64,000 bases of DNA from assembly GCA_040219255.1 (NCBI GenBank), contig JAVJSW010000012.1, positions 64,001-128,000 of the forward strand. Direction: 5' to 3'. This document shows, in pieces, positions 40,813 through 50,161 of the stretch (positions within the stretch are counted from its first letter, which is position 1; each line of letters starts with the position of its first letter). Source of the DNA: Sumerlaeia bacterium. Its GTDB lineage: Bacteria > Sumerlaeota > Sumerlaeia > SLMS01 > JAHLLQ01. The notes beneath the pieces were generated by a model. That model worked only from the letters and a program-made list of their open reading frames with translations, did no database searches and was not told where the DNA came from. Made by a program: the position numbers and the translations under genes.

Positions 40813-41169
40813 ACGAGCCCGAGAAGCTGGACGACACTTCCAAGGTGAGTCGAACCTCGACTCCCGGAAACGAATCCAGAAACCGGCCACCCAAAAAATT
40901 TGCGAAAACGGTCACGCGAGGAGGAACAAACAACCAACCCCTACTGTCTAACGATTTGCTCAGTCATGGTGGGCTTTGCCAATTGAGGCGACTCTCCGGA
41001 CACCCGTCCGGGTTTTTCCCTCCTACTAACATCCCTCGCTCCCGAAAAGGGACAAACTTCCCTCCCAATCACATCCCTCCAATAGAACATCCCTCCTCAC
41101 AATTCCCTCTATTGGTTCCACCAGGCTAACACCGGCCCCCGCCACCCCGGCGGGGGCCGCGCTGTTTTT
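40813..41169 (+). ncRNA. Candidate ~355-nt sRNA with repeated UCCCUC motifs
   Basis: Lies between a promoter-like motif and a terminator; no credible ORF; six TCCCTC copies. Confidence 0.4.
41134..41169 (+). terminator. Rho-independent terminator
   Basis: GGCCCCCGCC-ACCCC-GGCGGGGGCC followed by GCGCTGTTTTT. Confidence 0.75.
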
Positions 41170-41279
41170 ACTCGCCCAAGCCATTTTTTACCCGTTGCTC
41201 CCGCTCCTCGCCTCGACTTCAACAGCCGTTCAAGTCCCACAAAGTTTAGCCCTAATCCAGCGTTTGGGAGACATCCGTC

Positions 41280-42500
41280 ATGTTTGGACGCAAGAAGTTC
41301 GAAGACCTCTATGAAGACGCCGTCGAGGCCTATCAGGAGGGCGATCTCGACGAAGCCACGCGCCTTTGCGAGAAGGCCCTCGACGCCGCCGGCAGCGCCA
41401 AGAGCAACCCCGATTCGGCCCGCGGCGAAGCCCTCAACCTCCTCGCCGGGATCTACCGACATCAGGACCGCCTCGAGGAAGCCCGCGAAGCCATGCTCGA
41501 AGCCCTTCCCCTCCTGGAGAAAGACCGCGGCGAAGACGACGTCGACTTCGCCGGCGCCGTGCAGAACGCCGGCGATCTTTGCCTTCAGACGGGCGATCTG
41601 GCCCGGGCCCGAACCCTCCTGCAAAAGGCCCTCGCCCTGAAGGCGAAGGTCGCTGGCGAAGACCACGAAGTCCTCTGGTTGCCTTACGCCTCGCTGGCCA
41701 CACTGGAGGAAGAAGAGGGCAACGACGGGAAGGCCGCCGAGTTGTTCGCCAAGGCTCTGAAGGCCGCCGCCCACGACGGCAGCGGCGACACCTTGGCCAG
41801 CCTGGTGGAAAAACGCGTCGAGGAACTGATCGGCATGGGCCGCGGCGAGGACGCGGCGGAGTTCGCCGAGAAGGGCCAGGCGCTCCTGCGGGAGGTTTTC
41901 GAGCAGGACATCACGCCCTACACCGAGGCGGAGGTGAAGACCTGGGTGTTCGATTTCCAGCTCGCCCAGATGGTGCGACGCTGCACGATGTATCAGGAAT
42001 CGGGCATTTTGCCGCACCCCCTGGTGCAAGTGATGCAGGCCCGCGCCAGCGCTCTGACGGCGGCCGAGCGGTATGCCGGCGCCGTCGCCGTGTTCGAAGA
42101 AGTGGACGCCGCGGCCCAGCGGGGCCGGCGGTTGTCGGGCCCCGAGGCGCGCTACCCTGAGGACATGCACCTGGACTCGCTGGCGCGGCGCGAATTCGAT
42201 GCCGCCAATCCTCTCGCGCCGGAGCCGGACACGAAGGAAGCGGCGATGATGAGCCTGGACGGCAACGCGGAGGACCCGAAGCTGCTGATCGACCGCGCCC
42301 AGTTCCAGTACCGCTTCGCCCTGGCGCTTCATTTCCTGGGCCAGCAGACCAAGGACGCGGCGGCGCTGCGCCGGGCCGAGGAACGCTATCTTTGGGCCGA
42401 GCCGATGTTCCAGCAGATCGTCCCGCCGCACCACCCGTTCTTCCAGGAATGGAACGCCAACCTGGCCGAGGTGCGCGAGGACTTGGCGGCGATGGGGTGA
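41280..42500 (+). CDS. Tetratricopeptide-repeat protein
   Basis: ALNLLAGIYRHQDRLEEA and GDLARARTLLQKALAL repeats; GGGAG RBS. Confidence 0.85.
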   Translation: MFGRKKFEDLYEDAVEAYQEGDLDEATRLCEKALDAAGSAKSNPDSARGEALNLLAGIYRHQDRLEEAREAMLEALPLLEKDRGEDDVDFAGAVQNAGDLCLQTGDLARARTLLQKALALKAKVAGEDHEVLWLPYASLATLEEEEGNDGKAAELFAKALKAAAHDGSGDTLASLVEKRVEELIGMGRGEDAAEFAEKGQALLREVFEQDITPYTEAEVKTWVFDFQLAQMVRRCTMYQESGILPHPLVQVMQARASALTAAERYAGAVAVFEEVDAAAQRGRRLSGPEARYPEDMHLDSLARREFDAANPLAPEPDTKEAAMMSLDGNAEDPKLLIDRAQFQYRFALALHFLGQQTKDAAALRRAEERYLWAEPMFQQIVPPHHPFFQEWNANLAEVREDLAAMG

Positions 42501-42521
42501 GAGGGTATTTCCCCGCGCCGC

Positions 42522-43664
42522 CTACACCTCCCAAATCACCGGCCAGGACTTCGTCCTGGGGTCGCGATAGCGCACGGCGAAACGCTGGGCCTGATGATTT
42601 GTGCGGACGACGATTTCGCTGTTGAATCGAAGAAAACGCGGCATCAGTTCAAAAGGCAGTTCCTTTTCCCAATCGGTCTCGCGAGCCTGACGGAGAAGCT
42701 CGTCGAGCGACTGCGCGGGAGCGATGCGGTCGAGGGCCTGCCGGGCGGCGTGGGGGGCATTGGGGCGGGTGTCGCGGGCGAGGACTTCGAGTTCCTCCTT
42801 GGCGGGCGACCACTTCCTGAGGCCGAGGCTTTCGGCGGCTTGGGCGGCGGTGAAGAAGTTGGGGTCGCGCAGGAACGGCACCAGCCACTGCGATTCCTCG
42901 CGGGGAAGGAAGGCGCAGATAGCGCGGTGGAGCGCTCCGGCGTGGAACCTGCCGGAGTCGTCCGGAGTCTTGTGACGTTCGTAGGCTTGCCTCAGGAGCG
43001 CCACCCGTTGCCGATCCGCCGGGTGCTCGCGTCCGGGCATCAAGCCGGGCCCGGGAAAATCCGCGGGCAGATCGCGAAAACCCGGGAAGCTCTCGGTCGC
43101 CGAAGGCACGAACCGGCGCCAGATGCGCCCGGCCTGCTTCTCCGCGATCAATTCCATCGAATCGCGGGGATGGCGGCAGCGGCTCTCGCTTTGGAAAATG
43201 TACCAGCGCTTGAGTTCCTCGGCGACCGGGTCGCGGCGATTCTCCCACTTTTCCAGCCGCCGCTCGTTGCGCACAGCCGCCATCAGGTCCCGGAGGAGCG
43301 ATGGCAGGCCGCGGTTGATCAGGCTGAGGGGATGGCCGTCGTGCTCCATTTCGACGATATGGCCGGTGAAAGGCTCGGCGAAGCAGTAGCCCAAGTAGTC
43401 GCTGTTGTCGTTGGTCCAGAGGAAGCGGAGTCCGAGGACTTCCCGGATGGGGTCGCGGAACCATTCGCGGCAGGAGGCTTCGAACGCGGCGGCTTCGCGC
43501 AGGGTCATCAGGCGGTAGCCCCAGCCATCGGGGGCGGTGGAGCCGTCGTGATGCCGATAGAGGGCGCGCAGATCGGAGGGAAAGGTCACGCCGAGTTGCC
43601 GTTCGGCCTCGGCGATCGCCGCGGGCGAGGCGGACGGGCCGAAACGCGAGCCTTGCCACGCCAT
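42522..43664 (-). CDS. SMI1/KNR4 (SUKH) domain protein with C-terminal HEAT-like repeat
   Basis: ASPAAIAEAERQLGVTFPSDLRALYRHHDG; LVPFLRDPNFFTAAQAAESLG. Confidence 0.8.
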   Translation of the reverse strand: MAWQGSRFGPSASPAAIAEAERQLGVTFPSDLRALYRHHDGSTAPDGWGYRLMTLREAAAFEASCREWFRDPIREVLGLRFLWTNDNSDYLGYCFAEPFTGHIVEMEHDGHPLSLINRGLPSLLRDLMAAVRNERRLEKWENRRDPVAEELKRWYIFQSESRCRHPRDSMELIAEKQAGRIWRRFVPSATESFPGFRDLPADFPGPGLMPGREHPADRQRVALLRQAYERHKTPDDSGRFHAGALHRAICAFLPREESQWLVPFLRDPNFFTAAQAAESLGLRKWSPAKEELEVLARDTRPNAPHAARQALDRIAPAQSLDELLRQARETDWEKELPFELMPRFLRFNSEIVVRTNHQAQRFAVRYRDPRTKSWPVIWEV

Positions 43665-43767
43665 CTTGACATGATACCATGAGAGGAGCATCGTGCGGCC
43701 ACCCCCGTTCTGCGATCGATGGAGGCAGAATTCGCTGGCGCCTGGCGGGCGCAAGCCCAGACCGCCT

Positions 43768-43783
43768 TGGCACGGACTTCTCT
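43768..43783 (+). promoter_or_regulatory. Sigma54-like promoter variant, copy 3
   Basis: TGGCACG-GACT-TCTCT, 55 nt upstream of ATG 43839. Confidence 0.55.
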
Positions 43784-43838
43784 TCTTGTACCGCCCGCCG
43801 CCGTGCGCGGCGTATTTCCTCGAAGGATTGACGGTCTT

Positions 43839-45320
43839 ATGGCTGATGCCACGACGCCCCCGGCGATTGCGACTCTTGGCGAGTTGAAGGCGAGCGGCTG
43901 GAAAAGCCGGTCGGTGAAGGATGAGTTGCGCGAGAACTTGATCGTCAAGCTGCGCGCCGGTGAGACGGTCTTTCCTGGCATTGTCGGTTACGACAAAACG
44001 GTCATCCCTCAGGTCATCGCCGCCGTTCTGGCGCGCCACGATTTCCTGCTGCTGGGGCTGCGCGGTCAGGCCAAGACGCGCATGATCCGCCAATTGGTGA
44101 ACATCCTGGACGAATGGATGCCGGTGCTGGGCGGGTCGGCCATCAACGAGGATCCCTACCACCCGGTCACGACCCGCAGCAAACGGCTGATCGCCGATCA
44201 GGGCGACGCGGCGCCGATTACCTGGGTGCATCGGTCGATGCGGTATCAGGAGAAGCTGGCCACGCCGGACGTGGCGATCGCCGACCTGATCGGCGACATC
44301 GATCCCATCAAGGCGGTCAGCAAGAAGCTCGATTTCAGCGACGAGGAAGTGATCCACTATGGCATCATCCCCCGGACGAACCGGGGCATTTTCGCCATCA
44401 ATGAATTGCCGGACTTGCAGGGCCGCATCCAGGTCGGTCTGCTGAACATTATGGAGGAGAAGGACATCCAGATCCGAGGCTTCCCGGTGCGGCTGCCACT
44501 GGACCTGGCTCTGGTGTTCACGGCCAACCCGGAGGATTACACCAACCGCGGCAACATCATCACGCCTCTGAAGGACCGCATCGACGCGCAGATCCTGACG
44601 CACTATCCAGAGAACATCGAGGACGCGCGGCGCATCACGGAGCAGGAAGCCTGGACGGACCGGGAGAGCACCGTCCACGTGCCGGCGCTGATTTCGGAAG
44701 CGATCGAGCAGATCGCCGTGGAAGCGCGCGACAGCGACTTCGTGGACAAATCCTCGGGCGTCAGCGCCCGCATGGCCATCAGTTACCTGGAAACGGTCTT
44801 CAGCGTGGCGGAGACGCGCGCGGTGGTGCATGGCGAGCGGGAGGCGACGGCGCGCTTCACGGATCTGTTCCAGAGCATTCCGGCGCTGACGGGCAAGATC
44901 GAGCTGGTCTACAAGGGCGAGCAGGAGGGCGTGGCGAACGTGGCGATTCACCTGATCGGCCGCGCCCTGCGCCATCAATTCAACAGCCGCGTGGTGGAGA
45001 ATTACCGCCGAGGCCGCGACCGCAAAGCGGACTTCAGCCGGTTCCAGCCTATCGTCGACTGGTTCGAAGCGGGCAACCAACTGCACCTGACCGCGGAGAT
45101 GAGTCAGGCGGAGTACGAGGCGGCGCTGAAAGAAGTGACGGGCCTGGAGCAGATCACCCGCGAGCTGAGCCTGAGCGAGAAGGCGGGCGAGCTGCCGGTG
45201 ATGATGGAGTTCGTGATCGAGGGCCTGCATCAGAACTTCCTCCTGACGAAGCACATCCGCGACGCGCGGATCACCTATACGGACGCGGTGGCGTACATGA
45301 TGAACGAGTTGGCGGACTGA
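43839..45320 (+). CDS. AAA+ ATPase, Mg-chelatase ChlI/MoxR-like family
   Basis: LGLRGQAKTR, EKLATPD, INELPDL, TANPEDYTNRG, LKDRI. Confidence 0.9.
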   Translation: MADATTPPAIATLGELKASGWKSRSVKDELRENLIVKLRAGETVFPGIVGYDKTVIPQVIAAVLARHDFLLLGLRGQAKTRMIRQLVNILDEWMPVLGGSAINEDPYHPVTTRSKRLIADQGDAAPITWVHRSMRYQEKLATPDVAIADLIGDIDPIKAVSKKLDFSDEEVIHYGIIPRTNRGIFAINELPDLQGRIQVGLLNIMEEKDIQIRGFPVRLPLDLALVFTANPEDYTNRGNIITPLKDRIDAQILTHYPENIEDARRITEQEAWTDRESTVHVPALISEAIEQIAVEARDSDFVDKSSGVSARMAISYLETVFSVAETRAVVHGEREATARFTDLFQSIPALTGKIELVYKGEQEGVANVAIHLIGRALRHQFNSRVVENYRRGRDRKADFSRFQPIVDWFEAGNQLHLTAEMSQAEYEAALKEVTGLEQITRELSLSEKAGELPVMMEFVIEGLHQNFLLTKHIRDARITYTDAVAYMMNELAD

Positions 45321-45325
45321 CGCCG

Positions 45326-46258
45326 GTGGCGGATGGCGAAACGCGGCTGGGGCCGCTGGTGCTGAAACCGGGGGACGGGCCCCGGATCATGGCGATTATC
45401 AACGCGAGCCCGGAGTCGTTCTTCGCCGGTTCGGTGGCTGCCGGGCGCGACGCGGTGCGCGCGGCGGCGAGCCTGGCCACCGAGGCCGGGGCGGATATCC
45501 TGGACATCGGGGCGATGTCCACGGCGCCCTATAAGGAAACACACGTCTCGCCCGCGGAGGAAGAGGAGCGCATGGCGGAAGCCGTGGCCGCCGCCCGCGA
45601 GGCCACGGACCTGCCGATCAGCGCCGACACGCAGCGCGCCAACGTGGCCCGCGCCGCCATCGAGGCGGGAGCCTGCATTGTCAACGACGTGATGGGCTTC
45701 GCGGGGGACGAGGACATGGCGGCGGTGGTGGACGAAACCGGTGCCGGTTGCGTCCTGATGGCGAACGAGAACGCCCTCGCGAACCCAGAGGCGGAGGATC
45801 CGCGCGACGTGCTCGAGTTGTGCGAAGCGCTGCTGCGCGAGGCCCTCGCCCGGGCGGAGGAGTCGGGAATTCCCCGAGAGCGGATCGTGCTGGACCCGGG
45901 CGTGGGGTTTTTCCGGCGGCGCGCGGAGGTCTGGGCGCGAACCCATGAGCCGCCGCTGGGCCGGCCGAAGGGCTTTTTCAGCCGGGGCTATCCCTACTGG
46001 GCCCAGTACGACCTGGCGCTGCTGCGGGGCGTGGGGGAGCTGGGGCGGCGGATGGGCTACCCGATGCTGGTGAGCGCGTCGCGCAAGTCGATGTTCAAGG
46101 CTTTGCTGGGCCAGCAGGATCCGGCGGACCGGCTGGCGGGGTCGTTGGCGGTGGCGGCCTGGTGCGCCGCGCAGGGCGTGGCGATCGTCCGCACCCACGA
46201 CGTGGCGGAAACCTGCGACGTGGTGCGGATGTGGCGATTGCTGGGGAATGGCGCCTGA
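45326..46258 (+). CDS. folP: Dihydropteroate synthase
   Basis: MAIINASPESF, GADILDIGA, ISADT, IVNDV, LDPGVGF, SRKSM, RTHDV. Confidence 0.93.
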   Translation: MADGETRLGPLVLKPGDGPRIMAIINASPESFFAGSVAAGRDAVRAAASLATEAGADILDIGAMSTAPYKETHVSPAEEEERMAEAVAAAREATDLPISADTQRANVARAAIEAGACIVNDVMGFAGDEDMAAVVDETGAGCVLMANENALANPEAEDPRDVLELCEALLREALARAEESGIPRERIVLDPGVGFFRRRAEVWARTHEPPLGRPKGFFSRGYPYWAQYDLALLRGVGELGRRMGYPMLVSASRKSMFKALLGQQDPADRLAGSLAVAAWCAAQGVAIVRTHDVAETCDVVRMWRLLGNGA

Positions 46259-46340
46259 TGGCCAGGCATTGTTGAGTAGGCTGCGGGTCTGGGTGGTCAT
46301 GGGGTGGGTGCTCCCTCGGAAGTGACGATCTGAGGGAAGT

Positions 46341-46405
46341 GTCTCACAGGCGAATCCGTTTGTCCCCTCATGTGGAGACTACGGAGCAAGATAGACAAGA
46401 TACAC
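46341..46405. repeat. 65-bp dispersed repeat, copy B
   Basis: Matches 31055-31119 in the same orientation. Confidence 0.85.
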
Positions 46406-46476
46406 ATAAACAGTCGAAATCGACTTGTGGAGCATCGGCCGAAGGCAAAGAGGGAAGCGGCGCGCCGTGGGGGGAT

Positions 46477-47451
46477 TCAATCGCGCACCAGTGGCTCGAC
46501 AATCTCCACGGCCTGGGCGAGGCGCTGGTCCCAGTCGCCTCGGATGATTCGATAGGGCCGGCCGAGCCGCTCCAGCTTTTCGCGGCACAGATCGAAGAAT
46601 TCGCGGCGGCAGTCTTCATAGAACCGCTGGCCATCGGGCACCCAAGGCACATCGACATCCAACAGCAAGGTCATGTCGTAGCGGCGGCGGGCCGCTTCGT
46701 CTTCGATCCAGGACGGACAATCCTGGAAGAGGCAGTGGCTCCAGATCGTCGTGGTGGCGAGGTCCGTGTCGGTGAACAGGACGCGATTGGCCTGGAGCGC
46801 GAGTGCGTCCTCGGAAGCCATCTGACCGCGGGCGATGCGGGGGATGTCGTCGCGGCCGCACTGGCCGTCCTGGAAGTCCAGCAGAGGCCGGGCGTATTCG
46901 GCGGCGTAGACGGTGCGGAAGTGCGCGGCGAGGTTTCGCGCGAGGGTGGATTTGCCGGTGGACTCGGGGCCGAAGACGCAGACGCGCTTGACGAAATAGG
47001 GCCGGGCCTGGGGCAGGAGATAGGGCCAATGGGTCATGGGCCGCTCGCGCAGGGCCGTCCCCGATACCGGCACCAGTTCCCGGGCGTGATCGACGGGGAT
47101 GTATTCGGCGCCGAGTTCCTCGGCGAGGCGGAAGCCATAGTCTTCCGAGGCGAAGACGTAGTCCGGTCCCTCGGGCAGAAAACGCCGGATGGCGCGGCGC
47201 CAGATGTCCCAGAAGTCCGGGTGCTCGTGGGGGTATTGGGGGATGTCTTCCGCCAGGTGGCAGAAGCGGACGGTGGGGAAAGCCTCGCGGAGCCACTGGT
47301 AGCGCAGGTGTCCGGGGATCGGCTCGCGCTCGAGCGTCCCCACCAGCACCGTCAGGTCCGGCGCGATGTGGCGCGCGAAGTCGATGAGGTACTGATGGCC
47401 GCGATGGGGCGGCAGGAACTTGCCGAGGAGAAAGCCGCTGGCGCCGGGCAT
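46477..47451 (-). CDS. nadR: NadR-type NMN adenylyltransferase / ribosylnicotinamide kinase (no HTH domain)
   Basis: GKFLPPHRGH, VFASEDYG, GPESTGKST, EYAR, WVPDGQR; directly follows pnuC. Confidence 0.9.
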   Translation of the reverse strand: MPGASGFLLGKFLPPHRGHQYLIDFARHIAPDLTVLVGTLEREPIPGHLRYQWLREAFPTVRFCHLAEDIPQYPHEHPDFWDIWRRAIRRFLPEGPDYVFASEDYGFRLAEELGAEYIPVDHARELVPVSGTALRERPMTHWPYLLPQARPYFVKRVCVFGPESTGKSTLARNLAAHFRTVYAAEYARPLLDFQDGQCGRDDIPRIARGQMASEDALALQANRVLFTDTDLATTTIWSHCLFQDCPSWIEDEAARRRYDMTLLLDVDVPWVPDGQRFYEDCRREFFDLCREKLERLGRPYRIIRGDWDQRLAQAVEIVEPLVRD

Positions 47452-47452
47452 C

Positions 47453-48040
47453 TTAGATGGCCTCGCCGGATGCCATGGCGCGCCTCCAGGCGAAGAACCC
47501 GAGTGTGGCCATGACGAGGAAGACGGCGTAGAGCACCGAGGTCTGGTGCAGGCCCTTGACCAGGTAGATACCGATGGCGAGGACATCGACGGCGATCCAG
47601 AAGAGCCAGGACTGGAGCACCTTGCGGCCCATGAGCCACTGGGCGATGAGGCTGAGAACCGTTGTCGCGGCGTCCCAGTAAGGGAGCGAGGCGTCCGTCG
47701 TGCGGCTCATGACCGTCCCGAGGAGCACCATTCCCACCAGCCCAGTCCCGATCCAGCCGGCCATCCAGGCCGCTGGAATGATGCGCACGGGCGCCCTGCC
47801 CCGGTCGCGGCCGCCATGCAGCCAGAACCACCAGCCGTAGATCTGGAGGCCGATGTAGATGACCTGAAGCCCCATGTCGGAGTAGAGCTTGGCGTTCCAG
47901 AAAATATAGACGTAGAGGACGACCATGGCGAGGCCGGTGGGCCAGCACCAAATGTTCTGGCGAATCGTCAGCCAAACGCACAGCAACCCGAAGATCGTCG
48001 CCGCCGTTTCAATCAGGAAATTCCACTCGGCGGCGCTCAT
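47453..48040 (-). CDS. pnuC: Nicotinamide riboside transporter PnuC
   Basis: WCWPTG, LYSDMGLQ, YGWWFW, PYWDA, WLFWIAVD. Confidence 0.94.
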   Translation of the reverse strand: MSAAEWNFLIETAATIFGLLCVWLTIRQNIWCWPTGLAMVVLYVYIFWNAKLYSDMGLQVIYIGLQIYGWWFWLHGGRDRGRAPVRIIPAAWMAGWIGTGLVGMVLLGTVMSRTTDASLPYWDAATTVLSLIAQWLMGRKVLQSWLFWIAVDVLAIGIYLVKGLHQTSVLYAVFLVMATLGFFAWRRAMASGEAI

Positions 48041-48047
48041 GGGCGGA

Positions 48048-49442
48048 TCAGTTGCCCCCTTCGGCGGCTTTCTCGGTGGGCGTTTCGGGCACGATGCCGA
48101 GGGCGTTTTCCGCCATGACGACGGCTTCGTGGATGTCGGCGAGTTGGATGGGCGTTTCCTTCGTGTCGATTTCCGCCAGGACCAGCCAGCCCCGGCCCGC
48201 TCCGGCGTCGTTCCACGAGCGCAGCAGATCGATCTGGTCGCTCTTCTTCAGTTTCCCCGTCTGCGGGTCCCAAACTTCCAGGGACTTGATGCAGCCCAGC
48301 GACGGCACCAGCGGATAGAAGGGCTCGTCCTTATAGAATTCCGGGTTGGTGGTGGTGCCGTGGGCGATGATGCCGCTGCGGCCTGCCTTGCCGGCGAGGA
48401 AAGCCTCCGTCATGGGGAAGTACCGGTTCCAGCCCTGGGGCAGCAGCGCCGAATAGGCCGTCTGAGTCATCGTGATCGTCGTTCCCGAGTCGTCGTCGAA
48501 CCAGGCGTTGGCGTGGATTTCGAAGGGCATATAGGCGTCGATAAAGGGGGTTGGGCCGATGAACTGGTTTTCCGAAACGCCGGTGCCGGTGATGGAGTAG
48601 AGGCCCTGGGGCGAGTAGCCGTTGGTGATGGTGCCGGGCAGGCCGGAGGCGGATTGGGCCAGGTGGGGGATGTGCCAGAGGGTGCCGTCCTCGCGCCGCA
48701 GGAAGGAGCCGTCGGCTTTGCGGATGAGGGCGATGCCGGGGATGATGCGGTTGTGGCGATGGAGGCTGAAGAGAACGGTGCGGCCGAGAAGTTCGCGGGC
48801 GCCGAGAAGATCCTCGAGCGGCGGGCGCTTCTCCAGGCTGGCTTGCATGTTCATGCGGGGGCGCAGTTCGCGGCGCAGGGCCACGATGATCGGATCGTCG
48901 GTCAGGTTGAGTTGGCCGAAGTGCTCGCTGGCCGCCTCGCGGATGGTCCTGCGCGTGCCGTCCGGGTCGATGCGCAGCAGGTAATAGGCCGCCATGGCGA
49001 ACTGCTTTTTATCGGTGATGGTGGGAAGAAGGGCGGTGATTTCGGCCTGGAACTCGGTGGGGAACAAGCCGTAGATGGCTTCCAGGGCCTTGCGCCGGGT
49101 TTCGTCGTCGGTTTGCGCGTGGTAATTTGCGAGGACCTGGCCGAGGGCGTTCTTGACCCGCTCGGAGCGGTCGCGCGTGTGGAGGGCGGCCCAGAAGGCT
49201 TTGCGGTAGAGGGCTTCGGTTTCGGGCGTCAGGGGCTGCGCCAAAGCCCCGGCGAGAGCCTCCGTCTCCATTTCCTTCTTGAAGGCCTCGCGGGCCTCCT
49301 TCTTCGTGCGCTCGGCGGTATGCACCGCCGGGTCCGGAATGGGGACCTGGCCCAGGAAGGCGGGTTCCTGAGCGGGGGCGGTGAGGGCGAGAGCGAGGAA
49401 GAAGGCTCCGCCGAAAATTCCAAGACGTTTTTGAATGACCAT
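48048..49442 (-). CDS. Secreted protein with helical N-terminus and C-terminal L,D-transpeptidase-like HG...SLGC motif
   Basis: Signal peptide APA; TNGYSPQG; IIAHG...PSLGCI. Confidence 0.7.
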   Translation of the reverse strand: MVIQKRLGIFGGAFFLALALTAPAQEPAFLGQVPIPDPAVHTAERTKKEAREAFKKEMETEALAGALAQPLTPETEALYRKAFWAALHTRDRSERVKNALGQVLANYHAQTDDETRRKALEAIYGLFPTEFQAEITALLPTITDKKQFAMAAYYLLRIDPDGTRRTIREAASEHFGQLNLTDDPIIVALRRELRPRMNMQASLEKRPPLEDLLGARELLGRTVLFSLHRHNRIIPGIALIRKADGSFLRREDGTLWHIPHLAQSASGLPGTITNGYSPQGLYSITGTGVSENQFIGPTPFIDAYMPFEIHANAWFDDDSGTTITMTQTAYSALLPQGWNRYFPMTEAFLAGKAGRSGIIAHGTTTNPEFYKDEPFYPLVPSLGCIKSLEVWDPQTGKLKKSDQIDLLRSWNDAGAGRGWLVLAEIDTKETPIQLADIHEAVVMAENALGIVPETPTEKAAEGGN

Positions 49443-49645
49443 GCCTATGAACCTGACTGTGGCGCCTTGCCGGCAGAGGCGCAGCGCGCGATGGGACTGA
49501 TTTCCACGGCGCATCGTGGGAAAGGGCGCGGGTCGAGGCAATGGGGTTTTGAGGACCTTCCCCCGATTAGCCCTCCCAATCTTCCGACCCCAATCGCCCA
49601 GCCGAATTCCGTCTCCCACAGCTGCGACCCCCCTTGTCGGAGCGA

Positions 49646-50161
49646 TCAACCGAGGCTCGCGATGGTCTTCATCGGGAGAAATAGCCGCCTGTCTTGACTG
49701 GGGAACTTTCGGAAACCAAAGCGCTCGTAGAACCGCACCGCGGCTTCGGCGATCGCATCGACGATCATGGCGACGGAACCGATATCGCGATTGGCCGCGA
49801 CGCTCCGCAGCAGAGCGTCGCTCAGAAGCAGTTGGCCAAAACCCTTGCCTTGATGCTCCCGCGAGACGGCCAGGCGACCAAGAAGGGTGGCCGGCAAGAG
49901 GGGATAGCGCGGCATTTTCTTCGCGAAATCGGGCGGAATCGCTTGGGGGTCGATGGCCGACGCGGAGAGCGTGTAGTAGCCTCCGATCCGGCCCGTCTCC
50001 TTCTCGATCAGAACGAACGGCGCGGCAACGAACTTGCGGGCTTCCTGGCCTGCTTGAGTCTGAAAATACCGGTCGAGGACTTCATTGCCGCAATCGAAGT
50101 GGCTCCGGTCGTGAGATGGAGAAAGTGGCTCGATGGACCAACCGGCGGGAGGGAGGGTCAA
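49646..50161 (-). CDS. GNAT acetyltransferase toxin (AtaT/TacT type)
   Basis: FDCGNEVLDRY, GYYTLSA, LLGRLAV...QGKGFG, VDA...FYERFGF. Confidence 0.93.
   Translation of the reverse strand: MTLPPAGWSIEPLSPSHDRSHFDCGNEVLDRYFQTQAGQEARKFVAAPFVLIEKETGRIGGYYTLSASAIDPQAIPPDFAKKMPRYPLLPATLLGRLAVSREHQGKGFGQLLLSDALLRSVAANRDIGSVAMIVDAIAEAAVRFYERFGFRKFPSQDRRLFLPMKTIASLG

Noticed and set aside
41010-41110. CRISPR array
   Set aside because: The repeats are only 6-9 nt with ~15-nt period, and there are no cas genes in the window
40608-41129. 173-aa ORF in the large intergenic region
   Set aside because: Atypical codon usage, no RBS, low-complexity product; a non-coding interpretation fits better
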